Positions 1-16,920 of a stretch of 64,000 nt of DNA are shown piece by piece. Source of the stretch: the human T2T-CHM13v2.0 reference genome, Homo sapiens. The notes beneath the pieces were generated by a model, which was not told where the DNA came from, did no database searches, and was given only the letters and a program-made list of their open reading frames with translations. Positions within the stretch are counted from its first letter, which is position 1, and each line of letters starts with the position of its first letter. The DNA lies in NCBI RefSeq assembly GCF_009914755.1, contig NC_060943.1; one strand, given 5' to 3'. The translations under genes were made by a program, and so were the position numbers.

Positions 1-1144
1 ACCCTCCGTGAGAGGCACTTCTAGCCAAGGGTGCCATGCAGCCTGTGGCCCTGTCCCCTCTCCCCACGCGGCCTTCTCACCTGGATACATCTACAGCCAG
101 AAGCACGTGTGTCTGACTCCAGAGCCCCACTCTCCCTTGCACAAGGTCTCCACCTCTGTTCCCTGACCTCGGCCCCCACGAGAACCCTGCAGACCCCCAC
201 TGTGGAGGATCTGCGCAGCGAGCCTGGTAAAGGGAGACTCAGGAGCCCAAGCTCCCACAGGCAGCGGGGTGGGGGCCGTGGGGAGCAGCAGGAGCCGTTG
301 GTGTGAGGGAGTGGCCAGGCCCCAAAACAGTTAGTCTGTGCTGGTAGAGAGAGGCTGGGCTCAGGGTTGGGCCGAGCCAAATTCTGCAGGTCACGTGCAG
401 CTCAGCCCAGCCCCTTCTTCTGCAGTCGCAATGCTGAAGACAGGGCACCAAGGCTCAGCCCAGTCAGTACCCACAGTCCTTGGTGTGAGGACAAGGCCAG
501 ACCAGGGCCTGGAGTCCTCCCCATTCCTAGCTTGGGGCTGTGGCTCCCAGCTCCCCAGCACAGGGGACTCCTTCTCTAACCCCATAAGGGGATGTAGATA
601 GCAGCCCCTTTATGCTGACTGCTCACACCTCCCCAGACACCGCAGGATGCAGCCACCACGCCAAACAGGTGTTGAGTGCTCCATTTCACAGATGGGGAAA
701 CTGAGGCCCTAAGAGGGAAAGGGCAGAGGCATGGGGGCCAGGCTCTGGGTTTCCATCCCTGTCATTGCCCCCAGACTCTGCTGAATGTCCCCACCCTCAA
801 ACACAGCTTGCTGGGCTGGAGAAGACCTTGACTGCCCGAGGTCGCAGGTCTGTCCACTGCAGCCCCAGCCCTCAGCCCTGCTGGGGCAACTGCTAGAAGC
901 CAGCACGTCCTGAAAGCGTGAGTTCGTTATTCCAGCTCATCTTCCCAGGACCTCTGCAAGGCAAGCCTGTGTTGCAGAAGAGGAAGGCAAGGCCCAGGGA
1001 GAAGAGGTGACCTGCCCAGGGTCCATGGCCAGGAACGAGTGGTATTGAGACTTGAACTTGGGTCTATCTGAGCCCAGGATCAAAGTGTGAGGAGAGTGAG
1101 GCCCAGCCATCCAAGGTCTGGTGCAGGGAGAAGCGGGAAAATGA

Positions 1145-1537
<393 letters not shown>

Positions 1538-2791
1538 AGTTTAGCTTTTAATAAAGGCCACAAGAGACATAAATCAGCGTGATGAGTGAGTGAGTGACTG
1601 TAAGGGTGAAGACTGTAGGTAAGGAGGTCAGGAAAAGGATCCCTGGTGGGGGTGGGGTGGGGTGATACTTCAGCGAAGATGTAAAGGACAAGAAGGAGCT
1701 GACCAAGAGTCTAGAAGGGGAAGAGTGTACCAGGCAGAGGGAGCCACCAGTGCCAAGGCCCTGTGGCGGGAATGGGTTTGGTGTATTTCAGGAACAGACA
1801 GGGACCAGATGATGTGGTTCTCAGATGCAGCCACCCCCACCATGCAGATGACCTGAATTTTGCCCCGGATCTGAGTGGGGTTGGGTTCTGTCTAGCTCCG
1901 GTCAACGGAGGATGCCCTGGATCTTGAAGTGTGTGGAGGGTTCCTGCTGCCACGGACCAATAGATGGAGGCCTGTGACTTTTCCTGGGAGGACGGGCCGG
2001 GGGAATACAGGCACTGATGGCAGCTTGACACGACCGTAGCAGATGGCTCACTCATTCCCCGCTGTGCCCCAGGCCGACCCACAGGGCCTTCTGACCCTCT
2101 GTGTGAGGCATGGAGGGTGGTCCTGGGGCAGTGGGAGGCACGCCAGCTCTCAGGACCCATTGCAGCCTGCCCTGACTGGATGCAGCCAAGCCTGTTAACA
2201 GCCTCTGAGGACTGAGAAATCCACCCTTTCTGGCACTCTCCCCAGGGAAAGTGAGCCATGGGAGGCTTGGGTGGAAAGCACTGACGAGTTTCCACTGAGC
2301 CAGGGGTGGGTGTTTCAGAGGGGAAGGGAATATAGAGGCCCAGAGGAAAACAATCTGAGCTGGCATAGAGGAGAGAAGTTGCAGTGGGTGAGGAGGCCGG
2401 GGAAGCCCTGGAAAGAAGCCCTGAGGGCAGGCGACGGCCCAGGCAGAGATGCAGGGACAGCGTGGCTGTGTCAAGCCAGAGCGGGTCCAAGGCTAAAGGG
2501 GTCCCTCGCAGCCTCTGACACACTCTCACCACCTTGCCGGGAGCAGACACAGGGCTGGCTGGCTGGGACTCTCTTGCTACTTTATCTCATTCTTCTCAGG
2601 AACGTAGCTCAGAGTCTGACCTTGGCCTTCAGCACTTTCCTATCTGAAGTGTCCATCCAAAGCGAAGCCATCCTCCAAAAGCCCAGATGAACACACCTTG
2701 ACATCTGTCTCACCACCCATGACTTTTTGTAAAGACCCCAGTCTTCTCACTGCACACTCTGCTTCAAGCACATGTCTTTGTATCCCAATTC

Positions 2792-2937
2792 TTTTTTTTT
2801 TTTTTTAAACATGTTTTTGTAGAGGCAGGGTCTCCCTATGTTGCCCAGGTTGGTCTCGAACTCCTGACCTCAAGTGATCCTCCCATCTCAGCTTTCCAAC
2901 TTGCTGGGATTATAGGCATGAGCCACCTTGCCCAGCC
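2792..2937 (-). mobile_element. Alu monomer (FLAM-like)
   Basis: Poly-T followed by a left-arm-only Alu sequence. Confidence 0.8.
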
Positions 2938-2973
2938 TCAATTCTTTATTTCTGTATAAACTGTGTAGTTTAG

Positions 2974-4702
<1,729 letters not shown>

Positions 4703-4835
4703 ATGGCTGTATATACATTTTTATGTTAATTTCTGGATTTGGAGTTTTAGAACTATTGGACTGTGTACATTTGAATCCACACTTAACTTTTTCCTGCCAT
4801 TGCCTCAGGAGGATAGAAAGCTTCACTAGCACTTC

Positions 4836-5147
4836 TTTTTTTTAATTTTTTATTATTTTTTTTTGAGATTGAGTGTTGCTCTGTTGTCCAGGCTGGAGTG
4901 CAGTGATGTGATCTTGGCTCATGGCAACCTCCACCTCCCAAGCTCAAGCAAGATCCTTCCACCTCTGTCTCCTGAGTAGCTGGGACTACAGGTATGTGCC
5001 ACCACTCCCAGCTAATTTTTGTATTTTTTGTAGAGATGGGGTTTTGCCATGTTGCCCAGGCTGGTCTTGAACTCCTGACCTCAAATGATCCACCTGCCTC
5101 AGCCTCCCAGAGTGCTGGGATTACAGGCATGAGCCACTACGTTGGCC
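4836..5147 (-). mobile_element. Alu
   Basis: Full antisense dimer. Confidence 0.9.
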
Positions 5148-5689
5148 TTGCTACTACTTTTTTCGGATCAGCTTTACACATCCCTTTTGTACAGAGCAGC
5201 CCTTCCAGCCCTGCAGTTTATTGAAGGGGGTCGGTTCCAGCTCACCACCTCGGGGAGTCCAGGACTCATATCCTGGCCCTGTGTTCTGCCCTGATTCTGA
5301 AGTTTTTCCCGTTCTTTCTAGCCTAAGCCCCCAACCCTGGGCCTTGTGGCTCCAAGGTGCCTCACTTACGTTCCATGATACAGCTCCTGGATCTGCTCTT
5401 GAATAAAACCTCCCAGTTTCACCATCTCCCTTCCGGTCACAAGGGTGCTCTTTCCGGCTCCAGGCTCTGCAAGGCAGTTGTGCTCAGAGCCCCAGAGCAG
5501 GCCCTACAGCACAGATCCTGCAGACGGGCACAGCCTCCACCTCCCAAGAACTCCAGGCTCTGACTCATTAGTCAACTTAGTCCATAGCTTTCTAGCAAAA
5601 AAAAAAATTGTGACGCAGGCCAACTGAGACCTAGAACTTTTTAGTCATGGAAGCCAGGGTCTTTTGGTGCACCTGGATCACTGATTCTT

Positions 5690-6185
<496 letters not shown>

Positions 6186-6479
6186 CCTGAATCCCGAGGA
6201 GGTGAGCCCTCTGTCCGCTCTGGGTAGAGGGATAGAGAAGCTGGCTAAGGCCCTATCCCAGGGTATTCCCTGTGGGGAAGCTTGGAGCTGAGGCTGGGAC
6301 TGGAGGAAGGATGTCTTTCATCAGATCTGGAGGACGCCAGATATCCTGACTGCTCCCGGCTGGCACAGGGAGCCTCATCTGAGCCCACGAGCCAGGGTGC
6401 ATCCCACATCCCACCCGATCTGCCCACGAGGCCTCCCACCCGGCCCCTCCCTGGTGCAGCCCTGCACACACGCGCCAGC

Positions 6480-6810
6480 CACACGCACGTCTGTGTGATG
6501 TGGTGAGCAGGCCCCGTATGATGTGGGGAACGGGCGTGTGGTCGTTGGAGCAGGCCAGGCCCTCCTGGGGGCGGTGAGGACATATCTCTGGTGCCATCTT
6601 TCCTGTTCTGATAAATAACTGATCTGTGGTTGAGGCAAGAAGGTCACCTCTGCCCAGGGAAGCTCAGGAACAAACCACTTGTGACCGGTGGGAAGAGCCC
6701 GGGGGGGCAGCGGGAAGTCTGTCTTCCCTGGCCACCGGGCTGCTGGGGGCAGATTTCAGAAAAGGGAAGTGCTGAGCTGGGGCAGTGCTTCCTGTGGTCG
6801 CGGCAGGCAG
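6480..6810. promoter_or_regulatory. CEBPA +42 kb myeloid enhancer (ortholog of mouse Cebpa +37 kb)
   Basis: About 41.7 kb 3' of the TSS; four TGTGGT RUNX sites (6499, 6537, 6625, 6793), GATA TGATAA 6609, C/EBP TGAGGCAAG 6631, PU.1 AAAAGGGAAGTG 6760, other ETS cores (6599, 6665, 6711, 6788). Confidence 0.85.
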
Positions 6811-7889
6811 GGCATCAGGGCGGGCACGGCAAATCAGAGGGGTGACTGCCCTAGCTTGGAGGGGCAAGGAGCTGGGGTCCCTGGCTGGGCCCCATGTGCT
6901 GCCAGCCTTCATGCATTGGGCTGAAGGCCTGGGGGGGATGGAGGAACATACTAGAACACCAACAGCACTGAAGCTCCCCTGCTTGGGAGTGCCCCTGGGC
7001 TCCTCTCTGCACTCAGAGTGAAGTCCCCCTGGGCTTCGTGATTTGCTCCTCAGCCTCTGCTTCTCTGGCACCTGCTCGTCAAGTTCCCTCTGCATAGGGC
7101 CCCCTTCTCCCACCAGCTCTGAGCACTGGGGTCGGTGGAGGGGGCACCCCCTGCCCCTTCCCCTCTGCTAAGCCCGGAGCCCCTGGCTTGGCTGCTCTGG
7201 GAACCCTCTTCATCCCCAAAGGAAGGCCTGAGCCCAGGAGCCTGTGAGATCCTTCCCAGGCCCTGGCGCCCCTCTGGTGGGCAGCTGTCTGTACCCCTCT
7301 TCTATACTTAGGGGGGATCTGGTGCAGGGGCTTAGGAGCAAGGGAGGTGGCCGGGCCTCTGTAGTTCCTGGAGCTCCCATTTCCTCTTCCACTAAACTCT
7401 CAGCATCACCACATGACCCAGACTGTGAACCCAGGGGAGTGCTCGGTTGGGGAGGGGAGTGGAGGGAAACCGGCTCCCTCCTGTCCCAGCCCTGAGCACC
7501 AGCACTGCGGTGTTCCAGCTCCCTGCAGGCACTTCCTGCCTGCTCTGGGAAAGCACAGATGGCTGCCACGCCATCACAGCCCTGGGGTTGAGCCCAGACC
7601 CCCGAACCTTGACTGTCCAGCCCTGCCAGACCCCGTCAGGATCCACATAGACCCGATGGGTTGCTCTGTCTCCTTGGCTCTGGCCGAGTCCATGGACAAG
7701 GAGCATGGCTCCATCCGCCCCGCTCAGCTCTGTGCAGCCCACAGCCCTGCCTGCCCCACCTGAGGGTTGGGGTTCTCTGGACTGGTCAGGGGTGTGTGCT
7801 GTCCCTGCCACCCTGCCCCAGCTGAGGCCTGTACCTGGCAGGGGTCTAGCCAGTAAAATCATTGTCCTGCCCTAACCCATGGTGTCTAG

Positions 7890-8368
<479 letters not shown>

Positions 8369-8584
8369 TAGCCCCCAGGACCCCCCAGCCCCTCTCTGTA
8401 TCTGCACGCATTTGTCAGTCTGTCCCTCCACCACTGTCCTTGTTTCCTCTCTCTTCCTCGTCACCCTGCCCTGACCTGGGGGGTTTGTGTCTCTCTGTCT
8501 CTCTCCGCCTGTCTCCATCTCCCCCTTATCCTCACTCTCTCTCTGTCTGTCTCTCATTTTCATTCTCTTTCCTTTCCTCTTTCT

Positions 8585-9025
8585 TTTTATTTTATTTGTA
8601 TGGGTCCATAGCAGGTGCATATATCTACGGGGTACATGACATACTTTAATACAGGCATGCAATGTGTCATGATCCATCAGGGTTAATGGGGTCTCCGTCC
8701 CTCAAGCATTTATCTTTTCTCTGTGTTACAAACATTCTCATCATGCTCTTTTAATTATTTTTAAATGTACAGTAAATTCTTGGTGACTGTCATCACCCTG
8801 TTGTGCTATTAAATACTGAATCTTTTTTTTAAAAAAATTATTTTATTTTAAGTTCTGGGATACATGTGCAGGACGTGCAGATTTGTTACATAGGTCAACG
8901 CGTGCCATGGTGGTTTGCTGCACAGATCAACCCATCACCTGGGTATTAAGGCCTGCATGCATCAATCCTGGATCTTAGTCATTCTACCTAACCATATTTT
9001 TGCACCCGTCGACCATTCCCGCTGC
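8585..9025 (-). mobile_element. L1M/L1PB 3' end with a nested L1PA 3' fragment (~8835-8965)
   Basis: Antisense L1 3'UTR signatures (ggggtacatg...; gttctgggatacatgtgcaggacgtgcag...acataggt). Confidence 0.7.
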
Positions 9026-9239
9026 CCTCCCCTCCCTCTCTTTCTCCCCCTCTCTCATTCTCTCCCCATTTTCATTTTCTCTCTCTCTTCTCATTCTCTT
9101 TCTTCCTCTCTCTGTCTCTGCCTCTGCAATCACCCCTGGTCTTCGCCCTCCCTGTCTCTGCTCCCCGGAGTCCCTGCACGTGGCTTGACAGTGGCCTTGG
9201 TAGGACCCACTGGGGTGTTTCTTCGTCGCCCATGGGCCC

Positions 9240-9430
9240 TCATGCTGTTATCAGTTGGAAATGAATCAGAGATTAGGAAGCGGGGGGAGTGGTGGGGGTG
9301 TTATCGCCCAGTGCACACGGGGCTCTCAGCTAATCTCTGGCGGCCCTGGGTTCGAGAGGAAATGCAGTTGCAACACTGAGTCCTTCTTACCGTCACTGTC
9401 ATGTCCGCGGCGAGGCTGTGGGGGACACGG
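9240..9430. promoter_or_regulatory. Candidate +39 kb enhancer (GATA/MYB/ETS)
   Basis: TTATCA 9248, TTATCG 9301, CAGTTG 9252 and 9365, GAGGAAAT 9356; distance matches a recalled +39 kb basophil/GATA2 element. Confidence 0.5.
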
Positions 9431-9552
9431 GCAAGAGATTGGAGAGGGGAGAGGGAGAGGAGAGAGGGCCTGGCCTGAGCTCCTGGCAGGCGTTTGTACA
9501 GGCTCACGTGCACACGTGTGCACACACAGCATGTACACCTCCTGGCCCTTGA

Positions 9553-10030
<478 letters not shown>

Positions 10031-11484
10031 CAGAATGGTCGTATTATTAAATGACCACATGATCGGGCTGCTTTCCGAACTTCACCTTCCCACGGTTCTA
10101 GGAAGCAGCCACCATTATCATGGTGGCCTCCAGGCTTGCGTGTCTAGCTCCTGTCCTTCCTGCCCTCACCTCCCACACCCCTTGGCTTCCTAGCACCTGC
10201 AGTTCTGCCTCGACCCCTCCTTAGTGCCCCGGCTTTTGCAAATGCTCTCCCCTCTGCCTGGAAAACTCTCCTCCCCATGACAACTCCCATGCCTCCTATG
10301 GCACTCGGCTTTCCTGTCCTTCATGAAAGCATCCAGGGTCCCCGAGTGCCAAGCTGCAGCAGGTCCCTTGTCTCGGGGCTTCCACCCTCGAGGCGTGAGC
10401 TCCCCCTGTCACCATCCTGCCTAGGGATTATGGGTGTAATTCCTACTTCCTGCTCACCTCCTGCCAGACTGTGGGCCTGATGGGGCAGGGACCGAGCCCT
10501 CCAGTCTGTCTAGGGCCTGGCCGCACCAGGCAGTGATTGAATGAACAGATCCATAAACACACCGAGAGACACGGATGTACCCAGGCCCATGCACAGACAC
10601 ACAAATGCAGTCACCAGCCATGCACGGAAACTCACATTGACAGACGCTCAACCTCACAAACGTGCAAACCAAAGTTACCTAGAGACGCACGCAGTGACCA
10701 AGACACACACACGCCCACTGTCTTCTGTCTATGCTCTGGGCTCACTGCCTCTCATCCAGCCCTGCCCCTCGGGCAGGATCCCCTGCGGGTGTGGGCCTCC
10801 TGCACTGCAGCCCTGGCCTTAGCTCCAGGGGGCCAATCCCATGTTATGGGCCCCCAGCAGGATTCTCTGGGCCCCAGCCGTGGTCTTGCCACGTGACTAC
10901 TTACAAGTGGCTTTTATGCTAAATGCACATAATAGCACATTGGCATAATATCATTGCCAATACTCACAGGTACCATGGTTCACACAGGGAGCATGGTGTG
11001 AAGCTCCTCTTACAGGGCTTGTTAGAGGAAAGTTCCAGCTCAGGCAAAGGCTTGGGGTGGAGCGGACAAAGCTACAGTTTGGCCTTTTCCTCAGCAACGT
11101 CCTGCTTCTAGAATCACCACTAAAGTTAACCCAGGCGAGGGCTTCTCTCCCAGCCTCCAGGAGGCTCCAGCTGGAGGCAAACCGCCGGTCTGGGAGAGGT
11201 ACAGTGGCCAGGGAGAGGAAGGGTTTCAGGGTGGGGTGGGTGGTAGGGGCTGAAGGCAGGGGCAGCAGGGCAGGGCCTGGAGGCCAGCAGCACAGAGGGT
11301 CCCCACCTGGCTTCATTTTGGGGGAGGGGGCTGGGCAGGGTATCTGGCGGAGGAAGCAAGAAGGGGTGGCCTCAGAGACTGGCTTGCGGAGATGGGGCTG
11401 CATTCCCTGTGGAAGGGAGTGGGCCTTCACGGCTTCAAGGCCGTTTGTCACCTAAAGCAGCTACGGGCATCTTCTCTCTTCCCT

Positions 11485-11770
11485 CTTTCTTTTTAGAGAC
11501 AGTGTCTCACTCTGTCTCCCAGGCTGGAGTGCTGGGGTGCGATCATAGCTCACCGCAGCTGCAAACTGCCGGGCTCAAGTGATCCTCCCACCTCAGCCTC
11601 CTGAGTAGCTGAGACTACAGGTGGGCACCACCATGCCCAGCCAATTTCTGTATTTTTTGTAGAGATGGCTGTGTTGCCCAGGCTAGTCTCAAAGTCCTGG
11701 CCTTAAGCAATTCTCCTGCCTCAGCCTCTTAAAGCACTGGTATTAGAAGAGTGAGCCATGGCGCCCTGCC
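11485..11770 (-). mobile_element. AluJ
   Basis: Diverged antisense dimer. Confidence 0.88.
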
Positions 11771-12145
11771 TCTCTTAAAGATGGCTTTAACCATCACTTA
11801 CAGCACAGCTGCATCCCTCCTTGGCGGGGTGGGGGAGATTCTTTCCCACCTCTCTGAGTGTCCCCATCTGGGTCCTTGCTCAGTGAGAGCCAGACTTTCT
11901 GCTATAACCAGGCCCTGAACGAGAGAGAACCAGAGTCATGTGCTGTGCACCAAATGCAGTGGGAAGACACGAGGGATGCCTCGGTGACCTTCTTTTCAAA
12001 CAGGAGTCTTTCACTGGTAACCTGCCTCTGACCTTCCATCAGCCAGATGTTATCTTCCCAAGGCAACAGTGTTCCAGAATTCTTTCTGAGGTGGCCCTGG
12101 CAGCTTCTGGGTCCTTCTATTCTGATTTCCAGTTTTCTTTTTCCA

Positions 12146-12735
<590 letters not shown>

Positions 12736-14279
12736 CCAGGTGCAGTGGAGCCGGCCCAGGCCTCACCCTTTCTCCAGACCTCACATTCCCAGGCTCGTTG
12801 AAGGGAGCAGGGTGCTTCAGGCAAACTTGGGGCTCGGGTCTCCAGGCACTTGGGGTTTTCTCCTCCCCCGGCGCTGGCAGCTGGCCTGGCTTCTCTCGGC
12901 TGGAGATGCTGAAGACTCCTCGGCTGGTCTGAGAAGCATGAGAACAGAGCTGGGAAAACTGGCCGTTTTTGTGGTTTGGGGGTTTGATGCAAGTTTCACA
13001 ACTGATCTCCCAAGAACACGGTCGGTCCGGTCAGATGCGCTCCCTGGCCAGGGGCCTGCTTCCCTGCTGACGCCGGTGCTGACCGCCCGAGGCGGGGGCT
13101 CCACTCGCCCTCCCCACCCCATTCCCCGCTTTCCTTCTTTAGGGAACAGCCTGGAGGTGTGGAGAAGATGGCTTTGTTTTGGGGGCTTTCGTGGTTTCCA
13201 CCTCATCCTTCAGCCTGGGGAGAGCTGACGGCCTGGTACCCCTCACTCTCATCCTGGAGTTTTTCTCAGACACCTCTGGGCAGCTGTTCTTAAAGCTTTC
13301 ATTTTGAGGGGACAGTGGGCCAAGGACGTCTTTTGTAGTGATAATCTTGGGCCGGGGCTGACGAGTGGGAAGTCTTAGAAAGACCTGCTCTAGGGCTCCG
13401 GGAGAGATGAGGGCCGCCAGGGAGGCACACACCTCCGTAGCCAGCCCACTCCAGGAACCCAGAGCTGCCTCCCTCGCAGACAGCTGGGCTGGGGAGGGGG
13501 TCCTCAAGACCTGGCCCTGCCTCCAAGTAGCCTGGCCCCCGGACCTATCCTTCCACCCTGGGAAGTCCCGAGCTGCCTCAGGCCAGCTGGGGCAGAACTG
13601 AAATTGGTGACATGTGCCTCTCTGGTCCCTTGACTCCCGCCCCCGCTCCCTCACCCCCAGAGTCTTCCTGAAGGAGCCTCCAGACCCAGCGAGGAGCCAC
13701 AGGCAATGCCCACCCTGAGTGGGAGCTGCTGTCCTGCCTTCCACGTGGCCCCAGCCTAGCTCGCCCTTGCGTGAACTGGGAGCTGCCCCACTTCCGGAGG
13801 TTGGTGCGTGGTTCTAGATCCTGTCGTCCCTCCGCTTGGGGGCACAACGGGCTGGGACCCATGCACGTTTCTCAGACACTCCATCTCTCATCTCACAGAG
13901 CAGGAGGGGTCTGCAAAGGGCAGGCTGGTCAGGACACAGTGTGAGGCAGGGGGCCCCGGGGAAGAGTCCAGGCTCCACCTCTGCTGAGCAGGCAGTCCTG
14001 AGTGTTGTTACCAAGTTCGGGTGAGGGCCTGGGACCCTGTCACATCACAGCTGGGGAAACGGCCAGGGCTGGGACTCAGTGGCGAACAGCAGAACCCAAC
14101 AGGCGGCCGCACAGACTCACGACCAGGGGGCTCGGTCAGAGGTGGGGACAGAGGGTGACCTGGACTTGCTGAGTCAAGGAGTCAGGCCAGCGCTGCGGAG
14201 AATCCCACAGGGCTACGCTCGGGGGCCAAGGAGAGGCACGTGGCCAGGCACATCTGGGTGGACAGAGGGGTTCCAGCCA

Positions 14280-14600
14280 CTCACAGAGCCCTCTCAGTCA
14301 GAGCCAGATAAGCCTGGGCAACTGAGCCACTCAGGCAGGGAGCGGGCGGGCATCTGAGGTCCCCAGGGAGTCTGCCCTCCTGGTGGGCACAGCTGGGCCC
14401 AGATGAGGCCCACAGCATTGGGATTGGGCAGAGACACCCAGACACGGCTGCTGCTGTGGGCCCCAGGAAGGCCCCATATTTGGGGTGCATCTGCCGGGTG
14501 CCTGCGTCCCCTTCCCGTTCCCTATCCCTGTGCCCCCCTCCCAGCTTCCTGTTTCTGTTTTGGGGCTGCAGGAACTTCCTCTTCTCATCACGGACCAAAA
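14280..14600. promoter_or_regulatory. Candidate +34 kb hematopoietic enhancer
   Basis: AGATAA 14306; E-boxes CATCTG 14351, CAGCTG 14390, CAGATG 14400; ETS CTTCCTGTT ~14545; perfect PU.1 ACTTCCTCTT 14574. Confidence 0.55.
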
Positions 14601-15105
14601 TGGCTTCTTGGTCTCAGCTGAAGGCCTGGCGGGGGGCTGGTCACCCCAGCCTGAAGGACAGCCACAGAGCGAGGGGGGCTCCGAGCCTCTGGGGGCGGTG
14701 ACATCTGCCAAAGGGTGAACTGTGGCCCTTTCCCAAGAGACTCCCACAGCTCCTCCGATGGAGCCTGTCATGTGAGCACCTGCCCAGGCCACGGAGGGCC
14801 TGGGTCCTGCTGGAGTGACCCTAAACGGCCCCTTTGTGCCCTTCCCGCCTCACGCAAGGGACCCAAAATATGGATTGCCTGGTCTCCCCTTCCTCCTGCT
14901 CCCTCCCAGGCACATGGTGCAGACACTTACGGGCACCGTGTTGGCCTATGTGTGTGGATGAGCAAATACACACACACGGGGTAGGAGGGTGCCCTGAGCC
15001 TGTGACCCCCTGAGCCGGTGACCCCTGCCTGCCAGGGAGCAGAGCTGCAGATTCCTGGATGCCGAGGGAATAGAAGGCCTGGCCCGGCCTGGGCAGTACA
15101 TGGTG

Positions 15106-15108
<3 letters not shown>

Positions 15109-15144
<36 letters not shown>
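15109..15144. repeat. (GT)18 microsatellite
   Basis: Directly visible. Confidence 0.97.
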
Positions 15145-15145
<1 letters not shown>

Positions 15146-16622
15146 TGGGTGAGTGTGCCTCTACGCATGTCTAGGGGGCACCATCCTTTTCCTCCCACTC
15201 CCCCTGCCCCCTGCCCCTGAGCAGAGCTGCTCCCTTAAATAAAGCTGAGCTGTGCCCTTTGGAGCCCCTGGGCCCTCGAGGGAGTGCAGGGTGACAGAGT
15301 GGGCTCCCCTTACTCCTGGGACTCCTCACTCAGGGGGAGCCTGTGGTGGGTGTTGGGGGAGGGCGTAGGAGGTGGGCACACGCCAGGGAGGGCACACAGG
15401 ATGGTGGCCCCTGATCCCCTGGAGTTGTGATGCCCACAGGAGGGGTGCTTTACCAGGCTTGGGCACCCCAGGAACATCCTGGCCTTGGGATGGGGTGTGG
15501 GGGTAAATGGGGGACGGTGCTGAGAGGCCGAGCCCCGGTCTACCTCCCTGCCCATCCAGGGGTCCCGGGATGGAGTTGAGGAGCCAGATGCATCCTCTGG
15601 GGGGTTGTGGCCTGGGTCAAGGTCAGGACAGCGCCAGGGAAACTCCTGCTACCAGCTGCCCCTAGCCCCAGGCTGCCGCTGCTGTCCAGAATTCACCCAG
15701 CGTTCACTCCATGCCAGGTACCAACACGGACAGCTCCTTTAATGCCCGATGTCCATCCTTGTCACGGACAGGTGAGTACCCTGTGGCCAAATGGGCAGGA
15801 GGTTGTGGAGCCTGGCACCCACACTGCAGAGATGCCGAACTCTGGCCAGCGGCCTCCCTCCCCAAGGCCCGCTCCATGGGGAGACAGTGAGGGGAACCCA
15901 CAAAGCCTGGGGTCACTGGGTCCCCCTAGCTGGCACCTAGCTTGTGCCCCCATTAGCACAGAGAGGAGGCGGTAAAACAAACACTCCCGACTGTTTACCC
16001 CAACATCTCGGGGCCATAATTAAGCTTCCTTCAATCGGGCCCTTATCAGCCCGGTATCTTGAGCAGCCTCTGATGGGGAAACATCCCGGAGCATCTAACG
16101 AAGGAAAGTTGGACGCCTTTTGAGACTTTTTAAATCCTGAAGAATAGGCCTCTGTTGCCAGCTACCCGCCTGTGGCAGCCTGCCTCGTCTCTGGACTCTG
16201 CCGGCTGCCCCAGGGGCAGGGGCAGGACCAGGCGGCCCCAGCCCTGGCACCCCAGCCCTGCTGGGATGAGCCCCCAGGCCCTGCCCACCATCTGGCTCCT
16301 CCAATTGCAGTGTCCCTGCTGGCCAGCGGTGGGGTCCTGAAGGCACCCCCTCTTCTGCCCTCAATGCCCCACCTCACCCTGCCAGATGCCAATATCTGCC
16401 TTCGGCAGGCACCCTTGCCAGCCTGGGCCAAACCCAGGTGGTGGGTGGGGCTGGTGATGAAGGGTGAGCTCTCATTGCCCACAGCCCCCCATCACCTGGT
16501 TCTACAAGTTCCCCACCAACCAGGTCCAGACCTGCCACTCTCAGCCTCTGAGCTTTGCTGAAGCTGTTCTCTCCACTTGCAAGGCTTGTCCCTGCTCCTT
16601 CCTCCTCGATAATTTCTGCTTA

Positions 16623-16920
<298 letters not shown>

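Noticed and set aside
1711-2550. 279-aa minus-strand ORF and many similar 60-220 aa ORFs
   Set aside because: Typical chance ORFs in GC-rich intergenic DNA; no domains or exon structure evident.
7265-7282. CTCF-like CCACCAGAGGGGCGC at +41 kb (similar near 57276-57340)
   Set aside because: An extra or missing G shifts a core position relative to CCASYAGRKGGCRS; cannot be called without PWM scoring or ChIP.
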